Translations under genes and position numbers: made by a program | Source: a virus | IMG/VR virus record: IMGVR_UViG_3300029928_000020 | Coordinates: 1 to 42,647 of that record | Length of the DNA stretch: 42,647 nt | Strand: one strand, 5' to 3' | Notes under the pieces: generated by a model | Databases searched by the model: none | What the model was told of the DNA's origin: nothing | Seen by the model: the letters and a program-made list of their open reading frames with translations, nothing else | Shown here: one piece after another, positions 17,040 to 25,183 of the stretch | Numbering within the stretch: position 1 is the stretch's first letter | How the letters are laid out: each line of letters opens with the position of its first letter

Positions 17040-17669
17040 TTACTCGCCCATGGCGGCGCGGAAACCTTCGGGGTTTTCCTCAAAAAGCTTCGCCCGCTCC
17101 GCGTAGGGCTTTTTCAGGATGTCGCTTTTCGTAAGCGCCGCTTCCTCGTCGTTACCCGGAAGCCGGTTTTCAACGACGGTCTTCTTGCCGGAAGCTTCAA
17201 ACTGGTTCGGGAACTGGGTTTTCAGGGCGGCCAGCTTGTCGTCCCAATCCTTGATCTTCCCGTTTTCGTCAAGGGTCAGCGCTTCGCCCTTGTTTTTCAG
17301 CTTGAAGGTCAGGTAATCCACGTCCACGGCCTTGTTGGCCAGCAGCTCCACCTTGATCGCCGCGTCCAGTTTGGTCTGTTCCAGCTCCGCTTGAAGCTGC
17401 TGCACCTTGGTTTCGTAGTCCGTCACCTTCTGCTGCAAACCGTCGTTGCCCTTGTTGGACTTTTTCAGTTCCTCGATCAGGGCGTTGGCCTCGGTGAGCT
17501 GCTGGTTCACGCCGTCGTGCTGGGTTTTCAGCTTGCCGTAGCGGATATCAAGGTTTTCCTCGGAGGCCGTGTAGATTTTGTTTTCCTTCATAGCCGCCGC
17601 GATAGCAGAAATAGCCTCGTCGTTTACGCCGTTGGCTTTCAGGATTTCATTCAGGGTCATAAATTCCAT
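17040..17669 (-). CDS. Scaffolding protein (GP20-like)
   Basis: Coiled-coil, Lys/Glu-rich (KVQQLQAELEQTKLDAAIKVELL); upstream of the capsid gene. Confidence 0.8.
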   Translation of the reverse strand: MEFMTLNEILKANGVNDEAISAIAAAMKENKIYTASEENLDIRYGKLKTQHDGVNQQLTEANALIEELKKSNKGNDGLQQKVTDYETKVQQLQAELEQTKLDAAIKVELLANKAVDVDYLTFKLKNKGEALTLDENGKIKDWDDKLAALKTQFPNQFEASGKKTVVENRLPGNDEEAALTKSDILKKPYAERAKLFEENPEGFRAAMGE

Positions 17670-17744
17670 TCCTTTCTACGCTTTTACCGTGGTTGCATCA
17701 CGATTTTGGAATCAGGTTTTTCCATCCCTGCGGATGATTTATGC

Positions 17745-17762
17745 AAAAAAGCGGTTTCCCGC
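17745..17762 (-). terminator. Intrinsic terminator after the endolysin gene
   Basis: Minus strand gcgg-gaaa-ccgc followed by TTTTTT. Confidence 0.55.
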
Positions 17763-17763
17763 C

Positions 17764-18582
17764 TTATGCCAGTAATTTTGTCCATGTATTCTTCCCACAG
17801 ATTCCGTCTGCGGAAAGGCGTTTTTGCTTCTGGTAGGCTCGTAGGGCCTTTTCGGTATTGCTGCCAAAAATCCCGTCCGCCTTGCCAGCGTCAAAGCCGT
17901 TTTCATTCAGCAGCCATTGGAGGACTTTCACCTGCGTTCCCTTGCTGCCGTTCCGTAAGGTCTGCATATTCGTCACCGCCGTTCCCGATGTGCCGTTTTG
18001 GGCCTTGGAGGGGCTTTCCTGCGGTTTTTCCGTCTCGGTGGTGGAGTTGTCGGCCCCGTCGGAAAGAACGCCGGGAAGGGCCGCCCAGTGCGTCCAAGAG
18101 CGCTGCTTGATCTGCGCCTTTACCACGCCATAGGCAGCGGAACGAGCCTCCACCGCATAGCCGTTTCCCACGCATACGCCCGTATGGGTCATAACGCCCT
18201 GCGCGTTGGCATGGTACAAAATCACGCCCGGCTCGTCCGGCAGGGTGTCAATGGTGCCCTTCTTGGCCCATGCGGTTCTTTTCCATTGACTGTTCGCCCC
18301 GCTGACAAGGGCCTGACCGCCCGCCCTGCAGGCGTACCGGGTGAGCTGGGCGCAGTCATACGCCTGCTTGCCGTAGTAGCGGCAGCCGTTACAGATGGTC
18401 TTTTGCCCGTTCAGCACTTGGCAGTAGCGGTAAATGTTATCCTTCTGGGACGGGTAGGCTTCGGCCCGTTCCCGGCGGAAAGCGGGGGAGCACAGCTTTT
18501 CGCCGTACCCGCCCCAGATGTACGCACAGCCCAGCTTGCTTTCCGCATACTCGGCGATTTTCTTTCCCTTAGCCGTTGCCAT
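17764..18582 (-). CDS. Endolysin: NlpC/P60 endopeptidase + PG_binding_1 domain
   Basis: Catalytic-type YDCAQLTRYA and MTHTGVCVG; C-term GTQVKVLQWLLNENGFDAGKADGIFGSNTEKALRAYQ; ATG 18582 follows a GAGGGAG RBS (the alternative start 18600 has none). Confidence 0.85.
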   Translation of the reverse strand: MATAKGKKIAEYAESKLGCAYIWGGYGEKLCSPAFRRERAEAYPSQKDNIYRYCQVLNGQKTICNGCRYYGKQAYDCAQLTRYACRAGGQALVSGANSQWKRTAWAKKGTIDTLPDEPGVILYHANAQGVMTHTGVCVGNGYAVEARSAAYGVVKAQIKQRSWTHWAALPGVLSDGADNSTTETEKPQESPSKAQNGTSGTAVTNMQTLRNGSKGTQVKVLQWLLNENGFDAGKADGIFGSNTEKALRAYQKQKRLSADGICGKNTWTKLLA

Positions 18583-18877
18583 CGGGATCAGCTCCCTCAT
18601 CGTCGGAAGGTTTCAATTCTGCAATATGTTTACCAGTATTATGAATGTAGACGGCCAGTGCGGCGGAGCAGATGCCCGCCATGACGTTTTCAGGGGTCAC
18701 GGCCCAGCCGTTGAGCCACAGCACCCCCACCAGCGCCACGGGCAGCAGCACGAGGGGAATGTACTTGTTGTTGAAGCCCTCCCACACGTTTTTCAGCAGC
18801 CAGCCCACCAGAAAGCAAACGGCGGCAACGGGGATCACCGCGTATTTGCTGATGATTTCCATGATGTTGATTTCCAT
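18569..18877 (-). CDS. Holin (three predicted TM segments, charged C-terminus)
   Basis: YAVIPVAAVCFLVGWLL, YIPLVLLPVALVGVLWL, VMAGICSAALAVYI, then KPSDDEGADPDGNG; overlaps the endolysin start. Confidence 0.8.
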   Translation of the reverse strand: MEINIMEIISKYAVIPVAAVCFLVGWLLKNVWEGFNNKYIPLVLLPVALVGVLWLNGWAVTPENVMAGICSAALAVYIHNTGKHIAELKPSDDEGADPDGNG

Positions 18878-18900
18878 GTTCGGCTCTCCTTTCTTTCCAT

Positions 18901-18937
18901 AAAAAAAGCAACCGTTCGGAATTTCCGAATAGTTGCT
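18901..18937. terminator. Long bidirectional hairpin terminator upstream of the holin gene
   Basis: AAAAAAA-agcaac-cg-ttcggaa-t-ttccgaa-ta-gttgct-TTATTT; gives a T7 run on the minus strand. Confidence 0.6.
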
Positions 18938-18993
18938 TTATTTCTTGCGATATGTTGCTTTATTTTTTGCAACTAATTGCAACCAGTTGCAAT
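18932..18993. repeat. AT-rich intergenic repeat cluster: 2x GTTGCTTTATT and 3x TTGCAAY at exact 10-bp spacing
   Basis: GTTGCTTTATT at 18932 and 18954; TTGCAAC/TTGCAAC/TTGCAAT at 18967, 18977, 18987. Confidence 0.8.
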
Positions 18994-19036
18994 ATTTTTA
19001 ATTACTGCTGCAATGGTATCATCCCCTTTCACATGA

Positions 19037-19234
19037 TTAAAGATTATCAATCATAGTTTTGGAGTAAAATTCCCGTCTTACTTCAATCGTAGGAATTTCG
19101 TTTATTTTCACCTTGATAATGATCTGCAAATCTGCCGGGCATTCGTAATCGCCATAGATGGTTTCGGCCTTATCCATAATGGATTGGCCGCAATCCCTGA
19201 TCTGCTGAACCCGATTTTCCCTATCGAATTTCAT
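19037..19234 (-). CDS. Hypothetical protein (65 aa), AT-rich moron island
   Basis: MKFDRENRVQQIRDCGQSIMDKAETIYGDYECPADL...; AAAGGGGA RBS before ATG 19234. Confidence 0.5.
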   Translation of the reverse strand: MKFDRENRVQQIRDCGQSIMDKAETIYGDYECPADLQIIIKVKINEIPTIEVRREFYSKTMIDNL

Positions 19235-19278
19235 GTTTTCCCCTTTCCAAGGCATGAAAAAAGCGCCATGCGCGGCGC

Positions 19279-19307
19279 TTGTACGTCCTTCCCGTTCGGT
19301 CTATAAT
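19279..19307 (+). promoter_or_regulatory. Candidate promoter of the plus-strand moron
   Basis: TTGTAC (19279-84), 17 nt, TATAAT (19302-07); GGGAGGTGA RBS before ATG 19332. Confidence 0.55.
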
Positions 19308-19331
19308 GCTGCCGGGAAGGGAGGTGAGAAT

Positions 19332-19793
19332 ATGTATAATGACGCTTACCGCCTGCTTGAAACGTTTCTTAAAAGACACGGCACGTGTAAATTTCCTATG
19401 GAAGAAGTAACCGGCATCGATCAGGAGCTTGTACCTGCTATGCAGCGCCTCATTGACGACGGCTATCTCTTCGCCCATCGGTTTTATTCGACCGCCTATG
19501 TTACGCAGGCAGGTCTTCGGGCCTATCAGGAAGAGACCCTACGCCGAAAAGATCAGCTTGAGCAGCAAAAACAGGATGAAGCCGGAAAGAACGCCGAACG
19601 TGCCTCTGATCGCGCGTACGCTGATAAGAATGCTAAGAAGCAATTCCGCCACGACTGGCGGATAGCTGTTTTCAACCTCCTTGGCGGTTTCGTATTGGGT
19701 GCGATAGTCAATCACTTTGTCGATATAGTAGGGTATGCTGCTCGGCTTTGGCGTTTTTTTTCTGAATGGTTTCAATCGTTTCACCCCCAGTAA
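19332..19793 (+). CDS. Membrane-anchored protein: N-terminal winged-helix-like domain, coiled coil, C-terminal TM (153 aa)
   Basis: MYNDAYRLLETFLKRHG...; QEETLRRKDQLEQQKQDEAGKNAERA; TM segment IAVFNLLGGFVLGAIVNHFV; opposite strand to the late genes. Confidence 0.65.
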   Translation: MYNDAYRLLETFLKRHGTCKFPMEEVTGIDQELVPAMQRLIDDGYLFAHRFYSTAYVTQAGLRAYQEETLRRKDQLEQQKQDEAGKNAERASDRAYADKNAKKQFRHDWRIAVFNLLGGFVLGAIVNHFVDIVGYAARLWRFFSEWFQSFHPQ

Positions 19794-19822
19794 GTAATTC
19801 AAAAGCGTCACTTCTGGATTTG

Positions 19823-20095
19823 CTAAAACCTAAACTGCGCGATTCTTTCAGCAAACGCTTTACAAGCCGAAAGAATCCGGGACGTATGCGCGACGCTGTA
19901 TCCCTTGCCGCCCAGAGTGCGGAGGATTTCAGCCACAACGCATACGTCCTCATCTTCAATGCCCGTACAGAGGCCCCAAAAGATATTGTTTTCCATGTAG
20001 TACAATATCTCTTCGTCAGTCAGGTATTTCCGCGCATCCTCAACGCTTTTGATTTCTTTCCCCTCAATTTTCTTTTCGATTTCCGAAAGGCTCAT
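19823..20095 (-). CDS. Hypothetical protein (90 aa)
   Basis: GGGAGG RBS; AT-rich; no recognisable motif. Confidence 0.55.
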   Translation of the reverse strand: MSLSEIEKKIEGKEIKSVEDARKYLTDEEILYYMENNIFWGLCTGIEDEDVCVVAEILRTLGGKGYSVAHTSRILSACKAFAERIAQFRF

Positions 20096-20112
20096 GGCTT
20101 TTTCCTCCCATC

Positions 20113-20141
20113 AAAAAAGCACCGTGCGGGCGCAGGGTGCT
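20113..20141 (-). terminator. Intrinsic terminator after the MuF / small-ORF pair
   Basis: Minus strand agcaccc-tgcg..cgca-cggtgct followed by TTTTTT. Confidence 0.55.
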
Positions 20142-20324
20142 TTACATATCTTCATCTTCAACTCCGTCCATCATGTCACAATACAATTTAAGTTCTTTTG
20201 AACCGTTTTGATATACATAGTCGTCCAGCGAAAGCGGAGTATCAATTTCAAGCCATTCGTTTGCTAAACGATTGGCTTCTGCTTCGATTTCAGGTGATGG
20301 ACCTACCCTTCTGCATAGGCTCAT
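20142..20324 (-). CDS. Small acidic protein (60 aa), candidate cognate partner/immunity of the MuF C-terminal domain
   Basis: ATGA overlap with the MuF stop; C-terminus DMMDGVEDEDM; AT-rich. Confidence 0.55.
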   Translation of the reverse strand: MSLCRRVGPSPEIEAEANRLANEWLEIDTPLSLDDYVYQNGSKELKLYCDMMDGVEDEDM

Positions 20325-21838
20325 TTGATGATCCCCTCTTCTTTCATAACAGAATAAATCGCCTCTGTCAGCGGATTTCCTCTTCCCGTCACTTGACGTT
20401 CAATCGCGTGTGCCACAACCTCTTTTGATTCCTTCCATGGCCCCTTAATGCCGGTCGTCATCATCCGCATAGTATCGGCTTTTTTTGAAGTGCCATTTAT
20501 TCCCAACTTCTTAAAAGCACGATTCAAAACTTTCTTACTGTCAAACAGCCCTGAATATTCTGCGTGATGCGTCATTTCATGGATAACGGTGGCATACGCT
20601 TCTTCAAGCGCGTCTGGAATGGACGAATTTAAGGTGATCGTTTTGTAAAGCGGGGAGTACAAAGCATACACATTGTTTTTCATGCGTTCTGCCTTGATTC
20701 GCTGTGGCGAAATGCTGCCGTACATGCTGATTGCCTTATCATAGCCGCGCACCGCTTCACGCTGTATCTCTACTGGCATGGCGGAAAATTCTTTGCTTAG
20801 AAGGTTGGTTCCGTCGGGCTTCATGTACCGTGCGGCGATCTCTTCCGAGGTCATTTCACCATAGTTTATTATACCACTTTTTCCAGTATTTTCAACGGTT
20901 TCCGCCGCTTTCAGGTACTTTTCCTTGAACTCTGCGAAGCTGTCCGTCTTATCCAGCCCGAAGAACTCCGCCCGCTTCTGCATCACTTTCAGTTCATCCG
21001 CATCCAGCGCGGCCCGTGCCCGTGTCAGCAGGGTACAGCGGCAGTTGCAGTCCTCGGCAGGGTCGCCGAAATCGTGGGGGTACATGGCCTTTTTACCGTG
21101 GGTCTCAAAGGGCTTGTCCATTTCCCTGATCTGGTGGTCAAGCTCCCGGTGGGTGTCGCGGGTCTTGCCGTCTAGGACGGCTGACCACTGCTTCACCACG
21201 TCGGCCCCGGCGGCCTTGGCCTTGTTGGCCGCATCGAAATTGGCCTGCTCCTGCACCCGGCCCGCCTCCGTGCGCACGATGGTTCGGGCGCGGGAAAGGG
21301 GCGCTTTGGTCATGAGGGCGATCCCCTGCGCCATTTCGCCGTAGCTGTACCCGGCGGCAATGCCCCGCGTGATCTCCGCCGAAATGGTTTTCTTGAGCTT
21401 GCCAACGTCCACGCCGAGGCTTTCATACAGCGGTTCCTTTAGTTTGCTGTCAATGGTGACGGCTTTAATGGCCGCTTCCTGTTCGATTGGCACGATCACT
21501 GGCACGCCCTGACGGTGCAGGTTGTACAGGGTGCCCACAAAGCCGTCGGTGTAGCTGTCCCGCAAATACTTGTCAATGGTCTCATATTCCCCGGCATGGA
21601 GCCGGTCGAGCGCGGCCTTGACCTGCGCTTTGATAAGCCGTTGGTACTGCACCTGATGGATCACGTTGGGCAGGTCAGCGTCACCCCGCCCCAGAAGGGA
21701 AGCGATCTTGTCGTCGATCTCTTCCAGCGCGGCTTCGTACTGCTTTTCCAGCGCTTTCAGCACGGCCTTTTCGCTTTTCAGCCGTTCCCGGAGGACTTCC
21801 CTTTCCGCTTTCGTCAGCCCGTTACTCACCGGCCCCAC
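20321..21838 (-). CDS. Minor head protein (SPP1 gp7 / Phage_Mu_F domain) fused to a C-terminal HExxH metallopeptidase-like domain
   Basis: MuF core ...WSAVLDGKTRDTHRELDHQ...DCNCRCTL; C-terminal ~200 aa contains VIHEMTHHAEYSG; the 3' third is visibly AT-richer. Confidence 0.8.
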   Translation of the reverse strand: MGPVSNGLTKAEREVLRERLKSEKAVLKALEKQYEAALEEIDDKIASLLGRGDADLPNVIHQVQYQRLIKAQVKAALDRLHAGEYETIDKYLRDSYTDGFVGTLYNLHRQGVPVIVPIEQEAAIKAVTIDSKLKEPLYESLGVDVGKLKKTISAEITRGIAAGYSYGEMAQGIALMTKAPLSRARTIVRTEAGRVQEQANFDAANKAKAAGADVVKQWSAVLDGKTRDTHRELDHQIREMDKPFETHGKKAMYPHDFGDPAEDCNCRCTLLTRARAALDADELKVMQKRAEFFGLDKTDSFAEFKEKYLKAAETVENTGKSGIINYGEMTSEEIAARYMKPDGTNLLSKEFSAMPVEIQREAVRGYDKAISMYGSISPQRIKAERMKNNVYALYSPLYKTITLNSSIPDALEEAYATVIHEMTHHAEYSGLFDSKKVLNRAFKKLGINGTSKKADTMRMMTTGIKGPWKESKEVVAHAIERQVTGRGNPLTEAIYSVMKEEGIIK

Positions 21839-23270
21839 CCTCTGTCAAAGCGCCGTCAAGGGCCGCGTAGGGGTCGCTTTCCTCCGGCTTGGGCAGCTTG
21901 TCCTTGATGTCCTCATAGCTAATGTCCAGCTGCTCACAGATGAGTTGGATCACCGTTTCGTCGTCCAACGTCTGGCGGAGGCCCAGCAGGGTGTTGATCT
22001 CCACCTGCCGCTTCTGCGCGTCGGTCAGCTCGATCTGGGCGTTGTCCTGCGCGTTGGTCATGACCTCGCGCTCAAAGTCAAAGTACACGTCCTTCATTTG
22101 GTAGTCGGTGCCCTGTTCCGCGTTGATCTCGGAGAGCACCACTTTCAGGATTTTCCGCATGAACTGTTTCAGATGGATTTCCAGCTTGTTGCACTTCAAG
22201 TCCAGCAGGGCATAACGGGACTTGATCACAACGTTGGTCACGTTGCCGTCGCCCATCTGCGCCGAATTGAAGCCCATGCCGAAGCGGTAAATGTTCTTTT
22301 CGTCCAGTTCCAGCTTGCTTTCCCGCGCCTGATAGGGGATGTCGATGGTGCGAATATCCACGTCGCCGCCGTCGGTCACGCCGATATGCTTCTTGGTGCG
22401 GACGTTCTGCATCAGCTCGTCCAGATTGTCCCCCTGAAAGCCCTTGACCACATACAGGACTTCGTTTGCGTCCTGAATGTTATTGCTTAGGCCGCAGCTC
22501 ATCAGGTCGTAGTCGTCGATGATGTCCTTGACGATCTTAAGGCCGCTGACCTGCTTCCGGGAGTTGTCCAGCCGGAAGAAGGGGATAAAGCCGAAGCCCT
22601 CATAATAGATTTGGTCGTCCCCATCCTGCCGCCAGATGGTATGCGGGCGGGGGTTGAGCACTGCCGCGTCGTCCGGCACGATGTCCCCGCCGTCCACCTG
22701 CACGAAAAAGTGGGTCTCGGTCTCGCTCCACAGCTGAATGCGCTTGAGGCGCTTATTGCCCTTGCAGCTGCGGTCAATGTACCAGTAAATGACGTACTTC
22801 TTCCCGTCGGAGCTTTCCTTTTCCTTGACTTCCACCACGCCGATGCTGTCCGCGCACTGGAAGCAAATTTTCCCCTCCGCGTTTTTATAGGCGTACATAT
22901 ATTCAAAACCCTTGGAAATGGTGCCCGTCAGCACTTCGTACAGCTCGGAGGTGAAGTTTTCGTTGTCGTTGAAGTATTCGTCCAGAAGCTCCTGCAGCTC
23001 TGGAATATCGGACTTGGCAAAGCCGCCCTTGCCGGAAAGCATATACTGGACTTCCTGATCTACCAGTTCCGTGAAAAACGGGTGGGAAATCTTGATGTTG
23101 CTCCGGCTCTTGTCCTCCCGGATATTGCCGTCAGCGTCCACGAAAAAAAGCTGATACTGACGGATGTCGTGTTCCCCCTCGTAGTACCTAAGTCCGATGC
23201 GGGCCAGCTGCTTCTTGGTGCTGGCCGCGTCGCTGTCCATAAAGGTTTTGATTTCATCCACGGAAATCAT
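21822..23270 (-). CDS. Portal protein (SPP1 Gp6-like)
   Basis: 482 aa directly downstream of terL; N-term IKTFMDSDAASTKKQLARIGLRYYEGEHDI is typical of SPP1-type portals. Confidence 0.85.
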   Translation of the reverse strand: MISVDEIKTFMDSDAASTKKQLARIGLRYYEGEHDIRQYQLFFVDADGNIREDKSRSNIKISHPFFTELVDQEVQYMLSGKGGFAKSDIPELQELLDEYFNDNENFTSELYEVLTGTISKGFEYMYAYKNAEGKICFQCADSIGVVEVKEKESSDGKKYVIYWYIDRSCKGNKRLKRIQLWSETETHFFVQVDGGDIVPDDAAVLNPRPHTIWRQDGDDQIYYEGFGFIPFFRLDNSRKQVSGLKIVKDIIDDYDLMSCGLSNNIQDANEVLYVVKGFQGDNLDELMQNVRTKKHIGVTDGGDVDIRTIDIPYQARESKLELDEKNIYRFGMGFNSAQMGDGNVTNVVIKSRYALLDLKCNKLEIHLKQFMRKILKVVLSEINAEQGTDYQMKDVYFDFEREVMTNAQDNAQIELTDAQKRQVEINTLLGLRQTLDDETVIQLICEQLDISYEDIKDKLPKPEESDPYAALDGALTEGGAGE

Positions 23271-23283
23271 TGCCGTATCCCCC

Positions 23284-24519
23284 TTATATGATCCATTTAC
23301 TGCCGATGATGTGTTTTTCCAGCCCGTAGCGCATTGCGTCCATCAGGTGGTTAAAGTCGTCGATGGGAACGTTGAGCGCGTTCCCGAACTTGTCCTTGTC
23401 CCACGTGTAATTGCTGATCTCCGTCACGAAATTCACGCATTGCGGGTGGATAATGATCTCCAAGTCCTGAATCCATTGGATGCCGTTCTGGATGCTGTCC
23501 TTGCCCTTTTTGGCGGCCTGCGCCCGGATGCCAAGGCTGACCAGCTCGTCAATGCTTTTCGGCTCCGCGCTGTCCGCCGTGATCCGCTCCTTGCCGTAGC
23601 CCATAGACTGAATGGTCTCGGCAATGCGGCGGTTGCTCATGCCCCTTTGGTACATTTCGTCGAACACGTACAGGCGCTTGTTGTCCTTGTCCAGAAGGCC
23701 GCAGAACAGCGCCGTGGGGTCGTTGGTGTAGCCAAAGTCGAGGCCGAAGCAGCTGACCACGCCGGGCAGCCTGCGCACCGTGTCAAGGTCGAAGCGCTCT
23801 TCCCGCCATCGCTCATACACAAGGCCGTCCACAATGCCCCAATTCCCTTCCCCGGCCACGGAATAGCGGCGGGGATTGCGCACCCGCATATCCTCAAAGA
23901 TTCGCAGGTCGTCCGGGGTCAGCCATTCGTTGCACTGGTAGGTGGTGGTCAGGGCCAGTTTGTTGTCGTCGTTGGGCGGGTCAAAGAAGCGCTTCTTGAT
24001 CCACGTCTTTTCCGACCACGGATTGAGCAAAATAAAAATCCGCTTGAAGTACCCGGCAGGCACTTCGCCACGGATGGATTCGTCGATCATGTCAAAGTCG
24101 GATTCCTTGGTGATCTCGTAGGCTTCCTCAAAGACCGCCCAGCACAGCACCCCTTTGGGCACGGAAATGGAGGTCAGTTTCAGCGGGTCGTCGCAGCCGC
24201 GAAACAAAATGCGCTGGCCGGTGGGCCGGTACTCGATTTCCAGCGGGGACAGGCGGCAGGTGAACCACCTGTCCAGCCCAAGCCGGTGAATGGCCCACTT
24301 GCAATCCGAATAGCAGGAATCTTTCAGGGTTCTTTCTGTTTTGCGGATGTAAATGGCGTTGGCCTCCGGGTACTGGATCAGATGGGAAATGATCCATAGG
24401 GCGGCGGTCTTGGACTTTTTACTGGCTCGGCTGCCCTTGCAGGCCACATAGCGCCCCCGGAAGTTCCAGAAGTCCGCGTACCCCTTGCCGACGACGGTTT
24501 GAAGAGATACCTCAGGCAT
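23284..24519 (-). CDS. terL: Terminase large subunit (PBSX/Terminase_3 type)
   Basis: GYADFWNFRGRYVACKGSRASKKSKTAA (Walker A-like), LCWAVFEEAYE (Walker B); C-terminal nuclease half; overlaps terS. Confidence 0.9.
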   Translation of the reverse strand: MPEVSLQTVVGKGYADFWNFRGRYVACKGSRASKKSKTAALWIISHLIQYPEANAIYIRKTERTLKDSCYSDCKWAIHRLGLDRWFTCRLSPLEIEYRPTGQRILFRGCDDPLKLTSISVPKGVLCWAVFEEAYEITKESDFDMIDESIRGEVPAGYFKRIFILLNPWSEKTWIKKRFFDPPNDDNKLALTTTYQCNEWLTPDDLRIFEDMRVRNPRRYSVAGEGNWGIVDGLVYERWREERFDLDTVRRLPGVVSCFGLDFGYTNDPTALFCGLLDKDNKRLYVFDEMYQRGMSNRRIAETIQSMGYGKERITADSAEPKSIDELVSLGIRAQAAKKGKDSIQNGIQWIQDLEIIIHPQCVNFVTEISNYTWDKDKFGNALNVPIDDFNHLMDAMRYGLEKHIIGSKWII

Positions 24520-24952
24520 TCACATCATCCTTTAGCACCAGCGGGGACATATCAACGTCGGCCTCCACCTTGTCCGTATAAAGCCCGTAGCGCTTGCCCA
24601 GCAATTCCGCAGCTTTCAGCCGTTCCTTTTCGTCCGGGGCCTTTTGGATGGCGCGGGCCTCGGAACAGCCGTCCCCGGTGCCCTCCACCACCACGATCTC
24701 CGCGACGGACTGCCCGCGCATGACCGCCGTCAGGTATTTCAACACTTCGTCCTGATCCGCGATCAGTTCTTTTTCCTTCTCCGCCATTCTTTTTTGGAGA
24801 AAGTCCTTAATTGTAGTAATTTGTAGTAACTTGCTTGCGTTGGTATTGGCATAATGGGGCGAGTACCCCGCCCGGATCGCGGCCTGTGTCGCGTTCAGGT
24901 CGATCAGGTATTCGTCACAAAAGCGCTGCTGTTTCGCCGTCATTTTCGCCAT
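24512..24952 (-). CDS. terS: Terminase small subunit (Terminase_2 type)
   Basis: MAKMTAKQQRFCDEYLIDLNATQAAIRAGYSPHYANTNASKLL is the canonical N-terminal HTH. Confidence 0.9.
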   Translation of the reverse strand: MAKMTAKQQRFCDEYLIDLNATQAAIRAGYSPHYANTNASKLLQITTIKDFLQKRMAEKEKELIADQDEVLKYLTAVMRGQSVAEIVVVEGTGDGCSEARAIQKAPDEKERLKAAELLGKRYGLYTDKVEADVDMSPLVLKDDVNA

Positions 24953-24970
24953 CCCGCAACACCTCCTTTG

Positions 24971-25183
24971 TTAAATCGTGCTTTCCTCCGGGTAGTCCGG
25001 CACTTGGCGTTCCAGCTCCGCATACAGGGCCTTGACAACGGTCACGTTGTATGCGTCGCTGGGTTCTCCCTCCACGCCGATCAGCTCACGCTTTTTAAGC
25101 GTCCAGCCGTCGGAAAGAAGGGCGTTTACTTCTGCGTCAAATTCGTTCAGCTTATAAACGGCTCTTAAGACGGTTCGAATCAC
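24971..25183 (-). CDS. Small DUF1737-like protein (70 aa)
   Basis: GTG start after a GGGAGGTGA RBS; GTGA overlap with the ATPase-GNAT stop; LNEFDAEVNALLSDGWTL pattern. Confidence 0.6.
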   Translation of the reverse strand: MIRTVLRAVYKLNEFDAEVNALLSDGWTLKKRELIGVEGEPSDAYNVTVVKALYAELERQVPDYPEESTI

